Assembly (NCBI RefSeq): GCF_036321535.1
Contig: NC_087436.1
Span: 15,314,001 to 15,378,000, forward strand
DNA length: 64,000 nt
Direction of reading: 5' to 3'
Source: Camelus dromedarius
Lineage: Eukaryota
Made by a program: the position numbers and the translations under genes. The notes beneath the pieces are model-generated. The model was not told the origin of the DNA, did no database searches, and worked only from the letters and a program-made list of their open reading frames with translations. Of this stretch, positions 23,642-37,391 are shown in pieces; positions within the stretch are counted from its first letter, which is position 1, and the number at the start of each line of letters is the position of its first letter.

Positions 23642-24317
23642 AACAGAAAATAACAACTATTTGGAGGGGCTATGGAGAAACTGGAATCCCATGCACTATT
23701 GGTGGGCACGTAAAATGTGCAGGCTGTTATGGAAAACAACAAAAAAAATTAGATAGAATTACCATATGATCCAGCAATTCCACTTCTGGGTACATACATA
23801 AAAGAATTGAGAGCAGGGTCTTGAGGAAAGATATCTGTACACCCCTGTTCACAGCAGCAATATTCACGACAGCCGAAAATGAAAGCAACCCAAAATGTCC
23901 ATCAGTAGATAAATGGATAAACAAAATGTGGAATAAACACTGGAAAATTATGCAGCCTTAAAAAGGAAGGAAATTCTGACACATGACACAACATGGATGA
24001 ACCTGGAAGACAATGTGCCAAGTGAAGTAAGTCTGGCACAAAAAGACAAATACTGTATGAGTCTGCTTACATGAGGGACCTAGCCCAGTCAAAGCCAGAA
24101 AGACAGAAAGAAGGGTGGCTGCCAGGAGCTGAGGGTGGGAGAAATGGGGACCTGTTGTTTAACGGGGACAGAGTGTTTCTTCTAAAAAGAGAAAACAGCT
24201 CTGGAGACCGATGGTGGTCGTGGCTATACAACAATGTGAATGCATTTAATGCCACTGAACCATATGGTTAAGATGGTAGATTTTAGGTTTTGTGTATTTT
24301 ACTACAATTAAAAATAA
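23642..24317 (+). mobile_element. Older L1 (L1MB-like) ORF2 end and 3' UTR
   Basis: CCATATGATCCAGCAATTCCACTTCTGGG, AAATGTCCATCAGTAGATAAATGGATAAACAAAATGTGG, ending ...TACAATTAAAAATAA. Confidence 0.85.
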
Positions 24318-25429
24318 TTGTTAAATGTGGGGCCGGGGGAGATCAGCAGTTCAGAGGACACAGACCGGGAACAGAGGTTTCCTCTGTGTCTCCCATGTGC
24401 CGACTTTTGTGTCTGTCTGTCCTCTCACTTGCTTTTCACAGATCCCTCAGGGATGTGCAGTAGGATTAGAAATACAGAAAGTATTAAATAAAGGGTAGCT
24501 CCTATTATCACAGTATCATCAGCATTCTCATTAAGGAAACAGAGAAGAAACTCAGGACCAGGTGGTCATGCCCGGCACCCTTTCCACAACTCCACTCAGA
24601 ACCTGTGACAACGCGCCCTCTGGGCACTTTCCGGGAAATGACTCGTCCTCACTCGCCCTAGGAATGACAGGCCTTGACATGGACATGTGAATATTTCAAC
24701 CACAAGCTGATTTCTTCACCTTTGTAAGGTACAGGTCTGGGTCTCAAAAGAAGCTTTAATACAACCTCCAAAGACAGTTCGTACACAAGCACAGCTTTAG
24801 GAGTGGATGAGGGTGATCAGAGTTCACCTCATACAGGTCACTGAACAGAAGCTTCCACCACCTGGGCTCAGTCTCACCCAGTGACCCAGAGCCGGGATGC
24901 TCTGCGTCCCCAAGCAGGGCCGGGCTCCAGGGACACGGAAAAGACAGCTGTTCTCTAGGCCATCAAAGAAGCGGCATTCGAGAATTTCACATTGAAATAT
25001 AATCAGGATTTACCCTTGCTGGAGGCAAAGTCTGGTTTTTGTCAGTCAAAAAGGATTTAACAAGTTGCTCAGATGCATTTCCTCCAGGCCCTGCTAATGC
25101 ATTCTGTCCTATCAGTAGAGACTTGAGGGGAAGCTAACGTAATCCTTTTAGGACAGATAAATGACACTCTCCCCCGACTACCCAGGGTGTTTCTTTATGA
25201 TCGGATTTGTTCTTTGCTAATGCCCTAAGATTAGCTACTGATGACCTGATCTAAATCCCTAAAATGTCCCAAACCTCTCTTTACACTAAAAAAATTAATG
25301 GGCGATACTCTCCCCTGAAACGGTAACTCCGTGAGGCCCCCACCCTTGTGCCACCACCGCCTCACCCCAACCCCAGCACTGTTACCGCCCCCTTCTGCAG
25401 GGCACCATGCACTGCACCCTTCCTCAAAA

Positions 25430-25610
25430 CAGAGGTTCTCAGACTTAGCCACCATCAGAATCCCCCAGAGAGTCTGCTAAAACACGACTTGCTGGACCCC
25501 ACCCACCCCCAGGGTTTCTGATCAGCACACAGGGGAGAAGGCCAGCAGGTGCATCCCTAACATGCTCCTGGGTGACGCCTCCACTGCTGTTCCCAGGATC
25601 TCACTTGGCC
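25430..25610. mobile_element. MER5A-like hAT-Charlie element
   Basis: CAGAGGTTCTCA...CATCAGAATC...GTTTCTGAT motif order. Confidence 0.65.
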
Positions 25611-26653
25611 ACCCTCCAACTTTTCCACGGCTACTCCGTGGGAATGCTGTCTCCACAGTAAGTCTCCTCACATCACGTCTAGACCCCAGTGGAGACCAGG
25701 GACAGCCCAAGTCTCCTCCTCTTGCCCTGCCCTCAGCTCCTCCTGCCCTTCCACCCAAGAAGGGGTCAGAGGCAGGATCAGAAAGCCCAACAAGGAAAGA
25801 GGGGGTGGAGACTCACATGCCAAGGACCTGTCTGGCTTTTTCCTTTCTGCTTCCACATCACCAGAGGGGAGTGTGGGCAGACAAACCCTTATCAGCTCTC
25901 TCTCCCTTCACAAAGCAGATGCTTCCCTAGGGGACCCTGAGAAGAGAGGCACTGCTGGGCCAAGGCAGGATTTGATGTCCCTGAGTCTCCTGCCAAACGA
26001 CCAAACTAACAACGTCTTGATAGCAGTTCATCCTGACTCCGGATACCCGTCTTCAGCCACCAGCCACTCCGTGACACCTTGCCCACCCGTACTTGGGAAG
26101 AGTGTACCTTTTCTACCTGGTATACATACAAGCCCTTTTCAATCCATCCACTCTGTGCCTTCTTCTCTTCTGAATTGTATACAGAAAGTACTCATTAAAT
26201 GTTTACTGAGTTCAATTGAAACATTCACAGGTCAGATAGTGCATACTGTAGGTGCACTGTCACGAAAGCAAGAGGCATAGAAATTACACATCCACAGCAT
26301 TTCATACTTAGGAAAGTTGTTTTCAATAACGTGAGTCGCCCAAAAATGAGCTTCTGGAGAAAGACACTCAGCTACAGATCACAAGAGCTTTCACAATACT
26401 TCTGAAAGTTTCCAAACATTCTATTTAATACTTCCAGGAGCATATTTTTAATATCATGCATTTGGCCCCCCAAAAAAACTTTTAAAGTAAAACTAAAATT
26501 AACCTTGAGAAATAATACAGAAGTGAAATTGATTTCTTGATGATTTTCTTTCTTAGAAGCACTGCCTTACTTAGCTTATGTTACCAAAGAAAAATATAAC
26601 AACAATATTAATATAGAGTTTTTCTTTAAAAGGAATAAAAGATGGCAACTCAC

Positions 26654-26733
26654 CTTAGAACTAGCTGTAACATCACATCTTCACAATGTAAACCGATGAG
26701 AGTTCTAAATAATGCCAGGGACACCACACAAAG
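26654..26733 (-). CDS. FHIP1A: FHIP1A coding exon D, 80 nt: LCVVSLALFRTLIGLHCEDVMLQLVL(R)
   Basis: Absent from the ORF track. Acceptor GCTTCCCAG|CTT, donor AAG|GTGAGT; phase 0/2, matching exon E. Confidence 0.95.
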
Positions 26734-28252
26734 CTGGGAAGCAATAAACAAACACATACTGTATTTCAGATATTAGAAGGATAGCTCTCCTTCCCACAGA
26801 AGGTAAATAAATCAGAATTACAAATAAAATGGCCTTTTTAAAAAAGAAATTTTGATTAAAAAAAAAAAACCCACACTGCTGCCAGAGAGAATGTATATAT
26901 TCAGGCCATCAGTTCTACAGGATTTGATTCGACAGCATACACCTGGAATTATGCCATTACACAGAATTACCCTCCTACAAGACGCCTACGTTCATACTTC
27001 CAACTTTCAAAGATCCAAATAAATATGCCACCTACCACTCCCCAACACACACACACAATCCCCTATGTCATTTGTTTTCCTAGGTTGTCTTCAATGTGAA
27101 ATTGATTATTTCCAGACAGGACTAACAGAAAACTGCATACACCCTGGCCAACTCTCTCCAGAGTCCTCAGCCCCAAGCCCCAGCTCCCTTGGCTTGTCTC
27201 TTTGGCTTTGAGGCAAACATTCTCCTTGGTTCCATTTCCCGTAGTGCTGAGGGTGTGACGATGTACTTGTCTAAGAAGGTCATTAAAAATTGCAAGAATT
27301 CTTGCAATCTCGGATTTCCAAAAAGGAGAGAGAAACAGCCCAACAGAGAAGGTTCCCAAAGGGGCATTACAAAATCACCATGCCCTTTTGGGAGTAAGCT
27401 TTTATCCTTCTAACAAGCCACTCAGGTAATTTAGGCTCTCATCTTTTGTACAGGAGAGTAAGTGCTAGTCTGTCTTCTAGGCAGGATGGGTTTACAGCCT
27501 CGTCGGTGAAATCCATAATGGTGTTGGAGAGAAGAGCTGCACTTGGCGTGCCCCAAAACATCTCTTGTGCACAGGACGGGTCACGCCTTGTAGTGAGGCA
27601 GAAGCAACATCCTTCAACCCATTCACTGCACGCCTTTGCACATGCTGTTCCTTTGCCTGGTATGTGTTTCACTGTCTCCTCCACAGGATAACCCCAACTT
27701 ATTCTCAAAGGCTGACCCTAGGTATCACTTCCCCTAGGAAATCTTTCTTCTCTGTCTCCCAGAATTACCACTCAACACCTCCCTTCCCCAGTCTGAGTCC
27801 TTTCTATATGTTGCCATAGTAACCCCAGCAAATCACTGTATCTGTCTTCTTATTAGTGAGTCGCAGGAGTTCATTATTCTGCATGCAAGCATCTTATCAG
27901 AAACATGACTTGCAAAGATTTCCTCCCATTTTGTGCATTGTCTTTTCAATTTCTTAATGGTGTCCTTTGAAATACAGAAGTTTTTACTTGTTCATAGATT
28001 TTTGATTTCTTCTCGAATCAGTTTCAGAAGTTTGCGCCTTTCTAGAATTTGCCTGTTTTATCTAAGTTATCCAATATTTTGGCATACAGTTGTTCATAGT
28101 ATTCCTTTGTAATCCTTTTTAGTTCTGTAAAGTCATAGTAATATCTTCTCTTTCATTCTGGATTTTAGTAATTTGAGTCTTCTCAATTTTTTTCTTGGTA
28201 GTCTTAGCTAAAAGTTTGTGAATGTTGTCAATCTTTTCCAAGAACCAACTTT

Positions 28253-28915
28253 TTACTTTTTAGGGGTTTTTTTGTTTATTTATTTTTACTGAATGAAAGT
28301 TTCTTTAAATTCTATAATGCTTTACAATTTTGACAAGTTTCACACACATGATTTCAAATAATCCCATAATACTCTTTTTTTTCCCCTTACTCTTAATTTG
28401 CCCCCTCTACTTCCTGCCCCCTACTGGTAACCACTAGTTCCTTCTCTCCATCTGTGAGTCTGTTTCTTTTCTGTTCTATTAACCAGTTAGTTGTATTTTC
28501 TAAATTCCACATGTAAGAAATATCATACAGTATTTGTCTTTCCCTGTCTGATTTACTTCACTTAGCATAACATTCTCCAAGTCCATCCATGTTGCTGCAA
28601 ATTGCAAAATTTCTTTCTTTTTATGGTTGAGTAGTATTCCATTGTATATATACCACATCTTTTTTATCCAGTCTCCTGTTGATGGACACTTAGGTTCCTT
28701 CTGTATCTGACAACTGTAAATAGTGCTGCTATAAACATTGGGATGCATTCACCTTTTTGAATTAATGTTTTTATTTTTGTTTTGTTTCAGATATATACCC
28801 CAGAGTGGAACTGCAGGGTTGTACGACAGTTCTATTTCCAGTTTTTTCAGAAACCGCCACACTGTTTTCCACAGTGGCTGTACCAGTTTACATTCTCACC
28901 AGCAGCCTAGGAGGG
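28253..28915 (-). mobile_element. Younger L1 insert nested in the old L1, with an atypical 3' end
   Basis: ORF2 C-terminal peptide ([16 protein letters not shown]). TSD TCCAAGAACCAACTTT (28237-52) / TCAAAAAACCAACTTT (28916-31). Confidence 0.82.
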
Positions 28916-29104
28916 TCAAAAAACCAACTTTCAGTTTTGTTGTTCTTCTCTCAGTTTTGTCGATTCTGTTGTTTTTCTAGTCTCCATTTCATCAATATCT
29001 GCTCTAATCCTTATTAATCCCTTCTTCCTGTTTGGTTTGAGTTTGCTCTTCTTTTTCAAGTGTTTTACAATGCAAGGTTAGGTTACTGCTCTGAGATCTT
29101 GCTT

Positions 29105-29883
29105 CTTTTTTTTTTTTTTTAATTGAAGTAGTCAGTTTACAATGTTGTACCAATTTCTGGTGTACAGCATAATATTTCAGTCATACATATACATACATAT
29201 ATTCTTTTCCATTATAGGTTACTATAAGATATTGAATATCTGTGCTATACAGTAGAAACTTGTTGTTTATCTATTTTATATATAGTAGTTAGTATCTGCA
29301 AATCTCAAACTCCCAATTTATCCTTCCCACTCCCTTTCCCCCCGGTAATCATAAGTTTATTTTCTATGTCTGTGAGTCTATTTGTTTTGTAAATAAGTTC
29401 ATTTTTGTCTTTTTTTTTTTTTGAATCCACATATGAGTGATTTCATATGGTATTTTTCTTTCTCTTTCTGGCTTACTTCACTTAGGATGACAATGTCCAG
29501 GTCCATCCATGCTGCTGCAAATGGCATTATTTCATTCTTTTTTATGGCTGAGTAGTATTCCATTGGATAAATATACCATATCTTCTTTATCCAGTCATCT
29601 GTTGATGGACATTTGGGTTGCTTCCATGTCTTGGGTATTGTAAATAGTGCTGCTGGAATATTGGGGTGTATGTATCTTTTTGAATTAGAGTTCCCCTGGA
29701 TATATACCCAGGAGTGGGATTGCTGGATCATATGGTAAGTCTATTTTTAGTTTTTTAAGGAATCTCTATACTGTTTTCCATAATGGCTGCACCAAACTAC
29801 ATTCCCACCAACAGTGTAGGAGGGTTCCCTCCTCTCCACACCCTCTCCAGCATTTATCATTTGTGAACTTTTTAATGATGACC
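29105..29883 (-). mobile_element. Young 5'-truncated L1 nested in the old L1
   Basis: ORF2 C-terminal peptide ([20 protein letters not shown]...), poly(T) on the plus strand, TSD CTT(G/T)CTTCTTTTTT on both sides. Confidence 0.9.
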
Positions 29884-31144
29884 CTTTCTTCTTTTTTCAT
29901 GTAGGTGTTTACAGCTGTATATTTCCCTTTAAACAGTGCTATACTGCATCCAATAAGTTTTGACATGTTTTGTCTTCATTCTCATTTATCTCAAAGTATA
30001 TTCTCATTTCCCTTGAGACTTCTTCTTTGATCCATTGGTTATTTAGAAGTATTGCTTAATTTCTATGTATCTGTGAATTTTCTTTCTATTAATAAGTGTT
30101 CATTTTAATCTACTGTGGTCAATAAACACACTTTGAATGATTTCAATCCCTTTAAATTACTGAGGTTTTATCTTATCATACGGTCTGCCTTGGAAAGTGT
30201 TTGCTCCATGTGCACTCAAGGAGAATGTGTATTCTGCTGCTGTTGGGTGGGTGTTTTATAGACCTCTGTTAAATCTAGTTTTTTTACAGTGTTGTTCAAG
30301 TCTCCTATTTCTTTGTTCATCTTCTGCCTAGTTGTTCTATCTGTTATGGAAAATAAAGTGTTGAAATAGCCAATAACTATTGCTGTATCTTCTATTTCTT
30401 CCTTAAATTTCATCAGTTTTTTGCTTTATAAATTTGGGGGCTCTGTTTTTAGATGCATATATATTCATAATTGCTGTATCTTCCTGATGAGTTAACCTTT
30501 ATCATTATTAAATGTCCCTCTTTCTCTAGTAACAGGTCTTGTTTTAAAGCCTATTTTGTGGCTTATTGGTATAGCCACTCCAGCTTTGTTTTGGTTGCTG
30601 TTTGCATAACCTATCTTTAAACATCTTAACATTCCATCTACTGTTATCACTGAATCTAAAGTTTATCTCCAGGTGGCAGCATATAGTTGGATCCTGTATT
30701 TTTATCTAGTCTTGTCAGTCTCAGCCTTTTGATTGAATTTTTAATCTGTTTACATTTAATATTATCATTATAATTGGATTTATGTCTGTCATTTTACTTT
30801 TTGTTTTCTAGATGTCTGATGTCTCTTTTGTTCCTCTGTTCCTATTTTACTGTCTTCTTTTACATTAAATGAATATTTCCCCCACTGTAATGTTTAAATT
30901 CCTTTAATGACTTTTTTCACTATATTAATTTTGAGTTATTAGTGGTTGCTCTAGGCCTTACCAGATACATCTTATCAGATTCGACTTCAGATTTATACTA
31001 AATTAACTGCAGTGAAAAACAGAAATACTACTCCTATAGAGCTCTTTTCCTTCTTACCACCCCTCTTTGTGCTATTACTGTTATACACATTACATCTAGA
31101 TATGTTACAAACTCAATAACACTGTTAATTATCCCTTTGTTCTC

Positions 31145-31598
31145 TTTTTTTGCATTTCAATGGAGCTTTTTTCCCCAGTATAGTTGCTTTATAATATTAT
31201 ATTAGTTTCAGGTGTACAATATAGCATTTAAATATTTTCATAGATTATATACTCCATTTAAAGTTATTATAAAATATTGGCTATGTTCCCTGTGCTGTAC
31301 AATATTTCCTTGTAGCTTACTTATTTTATACATAGTAGTTTGTACCTCTGACTCCCCTACCCCCAGCTTGCCTCCTCTCTTCCCTCTCCCCACTGGTAAC
31401 TATCAGTTTGTTCTCTATATCTGTGAGTCTATTTCTTTTGTCATATTCATTCATTTTATTTTTTAGATTCCAGATATAAATGATAGATTCCAGATATAAG
31501 TGGTAATGTACAGTATTTGTCCTTCTCTGTTCTAACTTACTTCACTAAGCATAATACCCTCTAGTTTCATCCATGTTGCTGCAAATGGCTAATATTCC

Positions 31599-31641
<43 letters not shown>

Positions 31642-31785
31642 AGGCATACACACTTCTTTAACCATTCATCTGTTAATGGACACTTAGGTTGCTTCCATAT
31701 CCTAGCTATTGTAAATACTTCTGCTATGAACATTGCAGCATATGTATCTTTTCAAATTAGTATTTTCATTTTCTTTAGATATACC
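31145..31785 (-). mobile_element. L1 3' end containing a (TG)n microsatellite (31601-31638)
   Basis: Peptide MFIAEVFTIARIWKQPKCPLTDEW plus L1 3' UTR; internal 20-bp tandem duplication TAGATTCCAGATATAA near 31464-31500. Confidence 0.85.
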
Positions 31786-32316
31786 TTTGCTTTTAAAACA
31801 ATAATTGCAATTAAATAGAGACAGCCTTTGAGGAGGGGATTGCAAAGGATTACACTAATGGTATAAAAGTTAATCAGAGCTCCAAACTAAAGAATGACTA
31901 TCTTAATTCACAACTGCCCAGACATGCATTTCAAAACATTTGTGGACAGAGATAAAATCGCTGATACCCAGACTTGATACACTTCAGTTCCTTGGCTTTA
32001 CCTGCACTTAAGCCCAGCACCTTGACTCCTCAGAAGCACATTCTGCTGGTTCTACAGAAGAATGTGCCAATCCAGACAAATTGAGAAAAATGTCCTGAGA
32101 AAGGCAGTAAGTGCCACCTCCCTGATAGAAGAGCTACTGAGAGCTAAACAAATTATCTACTTTCTCTCTTCCAAAATAGAAAAAGTAACAGCTGAAAGAA
32201 ATAAAGAGGGGTACAGGAGGAGGAGAGAAAGAGAATATTCATTTTTATTCCCCAAAACAAACTCTTCTGAAACCTGTTCTGAGTTATAAATCCCCTTCCT
32301 CTGGAGCTCTCCTTAC

Positions 32317-32484
32317 CCGAAATGGGGTGTTGATTCTGCTCGTGAGAGTATCTAGGATGTGGACGTTCTCGTGCTGGTGCAACAGGATAAAACGGAGGAA
32401 GATCTCAAGTAGAGCTGGCTCGGAGATGCTCCGCAGGAAAAGGTCCAGATAGGCAGTTGTGGTCATGACCTCCTCCACAGTCAC
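32317..32484 (-). CDS. FHIP1A: FHIP1A coding exon C, 168 nt: VTVEEVMTTTAYLDLFLRSISEPALLEIFLRFILLHQHENVHILDTLTSRINTPFR
   Basis: Within ORF 32284..32616. Acceptor TCCCAG|GTG, donor CGG|GTAAGG; phase 0/0. Confidence 0.96.
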
Positions 32485-35400
32485 CTGGGACCAATGACAG
32501 TGTGCACAGGTAAGCAGCCTCCCGATGCTGTGATACACGCCTCCCCTCTCCCCTACAGCCCCCGGCCTCACTGCAGTGACTTCATCAAGGTAAGAACATG
32601 CCTGTCCCGAGCACACACTTCAGAGCTTCATCTGAAGCCCATAACCTATTCACATTCCACAATACCTCGTGCTGTTTCCGCCCTTTAAGTCATAAGGGGA
32701 AACGCAACGGCATAAAGAGGCAATTCAAGTGCTCCAACAACTCCAATCAGCAGATGCAGTTCAAATACCATAAAGATTTTAGTGTGTGATCACGATGGGG
32801 AAAGAAAAGATAATAGAAAGTATTTCCATGGTCAGTAAAGGATTAATTAGAAAACTCAGTATGACTTGTTTCATTATTAGTCATTCAATAAACCTTTATG
32901 GGGACCTGCTATGTACAAGGAGCTAGAAACACTAGAACATATTTTCTGTCCAGGAAGACGGGTTACACATATGATTTAGCAAACAAAATAATAAAATAAG
33001 AAATAGCAAATGAGAGATACAGACACAAAGTTGCAGATATTCAGATATGTTTCTGGAAAGTGTCAAGTCAAATTTTTATAACTGAATAACACATGTAAAG
33101 TATTATTTATAAAGTGTTTACTGCTTATGAAATAACTGACTTTTTTAATAATACAAATGACCTTTTTCTATGTGGTGTGATTTTTCCGTGCAGTAAAACA
33201 TCAATCTTTCAGGAAACAGAACTCTTGAAGAAGTCAATTTCAAAGAGCTGAGGATTTGATGCTAAAAGCATCAAAATTTTAATTTTTAAATGTTTGATTA
33301 GGAACAGTTTAAGAGCTTATATATGTTTCTTTGTCTTCCTAAGAGCAGAATACAGGTCGTCAACTGCCTTACTGACATCAATTGCCTGACTGTCTAATAC
33401 AGAAAGACTCAAACAGGACTGCATGAAGATCACACGGAAACAGTTCAACATTTCAGATTCCAACCCTGTACGAGAAATCTTAGAATTTCTAAAAATTTCC
33501 CCTGCCATGAGTCTCATACACTTGATGCTACATGAAACAGATGGTGATCATTTTTGAATGATTACATCTTCATCTTTTCTTTTCCAGTTTTCCATCTTCT
33601 TTCTTCCTCCCTTTAAAAGTGTTAACTGTCACTTTATCATACTGTTCCTGGGATGTTCCTTTTAAATTACATTCCTCTTCTTCTCTTCTACTTTCAAAAT
33701 CTAAATCAGTTTAGAAACCAGATCTCCAAACCTGCTACACAAGCATACACAGGCCTTGTGTGGATGCATCTGTGCAAAAAAAAGGCTTAGTTTTATAAAT
33801 TTCTTGGTTCTTCAGGATGTTCTAGATACATAATTCCAGATAGATAAGATACCACCAAATCAGTTCTGTCTGTTTTCCTTATTCTAAGCAAGGTCTCTAC
33901 AGCACATCTCAATCCACTCAGAATTACTGACAGGTCACCAGCAGTACCCTGAGCGGCCTGAGCGCTGCCCTTCCCTTGCCAGGTCAGCGCCAGTCTCATG
34001 AACCCTCAAACTCTCAACACACCCCTGTATCATCTGACCAACTTTAAAGGGTTCTCTGTGGCCCAAATACAGCGAGGGAAACAGGTAAGCATCACCCCCC
34101 TGGCAGATAAATCACCCTGAGAAGAGTGCATCTCCTGGGCTGCCCTGCCTCAGAAACAAACCCCTTCTCTCCCTGTGTTTTCCCGTGTTCGCTGGTCCCA
34201 GGCTGTCCTGGGACACAGGCTATGTCTCTTTCTGTATCATCCAGGGCAAAGTTCACAGCCTGGCACACAGAAGGTACTTAACAAACATTTCCTGAGTAAA
34301 TGACAGCCCCCAAGGACCTAGCAATCCACACTGGCCAGGGCTGAGCTTAAGTTTTGAATTCCTTTCTCTTCTTTACATGTGCTCTGAAGGCCCCAGAGAG
34401 TGGGGACTTCTTTTTTTTTTTTTTTTTTTTTTATAAAATGTATAAAATAACTGATGTCACCCAGTATGGCTAAGGGGGAAAGGACTCACACACCACCAAA
34501 CGTGTAGTTCCATCAGCTCACGCCCATTCCACAACTGCAACGTCAGGGTCCTATAGCAAGCAGAAGCTTAGCCCTAAACCATTTAGGCAAAAATCGAATT
34601 CCCTAATGATCTCGATCACTAGGAAAAAAAAATAGCACTAATCATTCCAAACGGGCCACGCGTGTAGTTTCTGCCATACTGTATTTTCAGCTTACCTACT
34701 GAGCATGCTGAGCTGACCGTCCTGCGGAATTCCAGAAGCTGCCTCTGCACCAATGACGCAGCATCAGCTTCCCCCTCCCCACCCTCGTTAAGTTATGCGT
34801 GACCTTAATAAGCTCAAAAGTACAGCAATAAACTCTTTAGAATAGAAGTCTCAGTCTTTGGGGGCTGACATGAAAGGAAGGCATTAAGCATCTATTGTTT
34901 ACTACTCTTAGGCTGGATAAATGAAAAGACTTTTTTTTTTTTAAGAAATCAAAGCTGTCATTTATAAGCTAAGAGGATTTAAGAAAGCACATGGAGGGGC
35001 AGCATTTACATAACGTGCTATAAATATTAAAAACCCAATTCCTATTAAGTGTCAAGTTGCAAAGTCTTCATAAATCGAGGTCACACTCACCTTAAACTAA
35101 TACCCGGACCAAGAGAACCTAGTTCCCTTCTCTTGCCATCTCTTCCCTCCTCCATATTCTCAGAGCCCTCAGAAGCCTTTTATCCCAGAAAATCTTCTCC
35201 CACCCCATTATCTTACTTTTCAGAAACTTCCTGTAATTTCCCAAATAGGCAACCCCCTTAACAAGGATGAGACCAGAGCCTTAGTGTGATCACATGAAAG
35301 CTAATGATGAAATGAACCACCAGGGGAAAGCGGCTTGTGCAGAATACAGAACTGAGGCTTCCACTGACGCCCCAGAGAGCATGTACTGGCAATGCGGGAG

Positions 35401-37351
35401 AGTCACCTGCTCTTCATGGTTCAATTATGAAGGGCAATCGGCTGCTGATGTAAGACCTTCTGCCTTATAGCTGAGTATCAGTATTTCAGACCTTGTTCTA
35501 AAAGAGTTGCAGGTAGCCACACATCTACACAGAGATTCTAGCAGAAATAGTAAATGAGGTTCTACCTTACTACCACGTAATACACAATAATAACGTTTAA
35601 GGATATTAAAGCCTGGGAACGGGACTTCTTCCTAAAGGTAGACCACAATGGCCGCAATGACTAAGGAAAACTCAGTTCCCACAACCAAATAATTATCCTT
35701 GACAAGGTGAGTTCAACCATGAACCCAAGCAGTCTATCTGCTTGAGCACTGTGATGTGCTCACTTTCAGCCAGGTCCTAGAAGGGAGCCCTGACTCAGGG
35801 ACTTACTCTTACCGCTGTCGAGTCCAGTTTAGTCTATTCTTCGAAATCTCTTCCTTCGCCCACCTTCTCCACCTCCACCAGCCTTGACCTGAGTTCTCCT
35901 CCACGCCTAGTGCCCTTCACCAAGCCCTTAAACTGGTGTTTTTCAAACTACAGTTTGCGAACCAAAAGTAGGTAGTAAAATCAATTTACTGGTTCACTAA
36001 TGGTTTAGGCCAGATTCAAATAGAAAGTATTCACGTATACTGCATGGAGGAAGAGTGAGTACCGTTTTGTGAAATTTTTATATACATATTTTGTTCAAAC
36101 TCTACATAATCAATATATTATACATGCATGTACCGTGTGCTATAGTCACTAAAAAATACACACATGCAAATGCATAAAATAAATTTCTGGCTGTGCATCA
36201 GTCAAAAACATCTGATGCTGTGCTATCAATTGTAAAAAAAAAAAAAATCTGAAAAGCACTAAAACAGCACAGCAATAACCACGCCAATTCACACCCCTGC
36301 CTGCCACCCCTTCCCAACAGCTCCCCAGACGCCAGGCTATCACCCAGCAGGGGCTGAATGTGGCCGAACTGCGTGGATAGTTGAGATCCGTTCTCTGAAC
36401 AGGATGGCAACTGAATTTCAGGTCAATCTACCCCTTTTTATCTTAGCCTAAGAGCTCCAAGAGTGCATTTTTATTTTTTAAATTAAAATGTCAAGTTTCT
36501 CAGAAATGGACAAAATCGAGATTCTGTTTTCTTTCAACAAGGAGGTGACAGGAAGGGAGGAGTGGATACTGTGTGCCACATTCCACTTCTGTCAAGTCAA
36601 AGCTCCCTCAAAAGTGCAGGCGAGAACCGAGCCCAACCATCACGCCCACAATCACAGCAGCACGTTAACTTGATGTGCAGCGTAGGAGTGAAACTGGGCA
36701 CATAGACATCCTGACATTTCTGTAATCAGCTCTAGTTGGGCAATTCCATTTGCATCTAAACTGGCACCAGAATCCTCCCTGTAATGGCAGGTTTATGGTG
36801 TGTCCCGAAAAATACATTTCCCACCTGCTAACTGGTTTTTGTGCGTGTGTGTGTGTGATCCAGTCACACTGGAACAAACAGATGGGTCCTACCGTCTGTC
36901 GCCCAGGCAGGTGGCAGGAAGTGGGATCAGGTGACTGCTGCACCGTCTCCAAGTTAGAAGCCACCCTTCCTTGGCTTTTCCTTCGGTATAGAGGAGAAAA
37001 CTAGCCAACCACAGTTCACCTGGGTCCGCTGTGAGCCCTCAGCCCCAGGGGCTCCAAGTGGAGACCAAGAAACCATGCGACCAGGTGTACCCTGCCCACT
37101 GAAAGCAGCCGCAGAGAAGGGAAGATGAGGCTGGATCTCATGAAACAGGTGTGATGGGGTCTTTCCAGGGAACACAGGCTAAGACACTGCTCGCTGCTGC
37201 CAGAGAGAGACAAGATAATGAGCAGGCGGGAGGTGTGTCCACTGGAGGGCAGCCCAGGGCAGCCGCTGGATGGACTCCTCACAGCCATCTTCTTCCCTCC
37301 AAGGACAGAGTGCAAAGAACATTCAAGTACAGAAGGGAGTGGCCCCACTGC

Positions 37352-37391
37352 TTCAGCCAAAATTCAGCCAAAATTTCAGCCAAAAATTCAG
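37352..37391 (+). repeat. Short tandem repeat (TTCAGCCAAAA) x about 3.5
   Basis: ttcagccaaaa-ttcagccaaaat-ttcagccaaaaa-ttcag read directly. Confidence 0.85.

Larger units (their letters stand above)
27870..31140 (-). mobile_element. Degenerate old L1 (ORF2 endonuclease region and fragments), interrupted by two younger L1s
   Basis: ORF 30216..30413 reads like L1 endonuclease (IVIGYFNTLFSITDRTTRQKMNKEIGDLNNT). The host sequence resumes across both inserts. Confidence 0.85.

Noticed and set aside
33317..33517. AIDVSKAVD resembling the LINE reverse-transcriptase motif DxxKAFD
   Set aside because: Flanking residues do not match RT context and the conserved Phe is absent; likely chance.
35091..35096. 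Possible 6-nt microexon TTTAAG before AAG|GTGAGT
   Set aside because: The acceptor lacks an adjacent pyrimidine tract (GGTCCGGGTATTAG).
37352..37391. Short direct repeats as a CRISPR-like array
   Set aside because: Head-to-tail 11-12 bp units without spacers in a mammalian intron; a simple tandem repeat.
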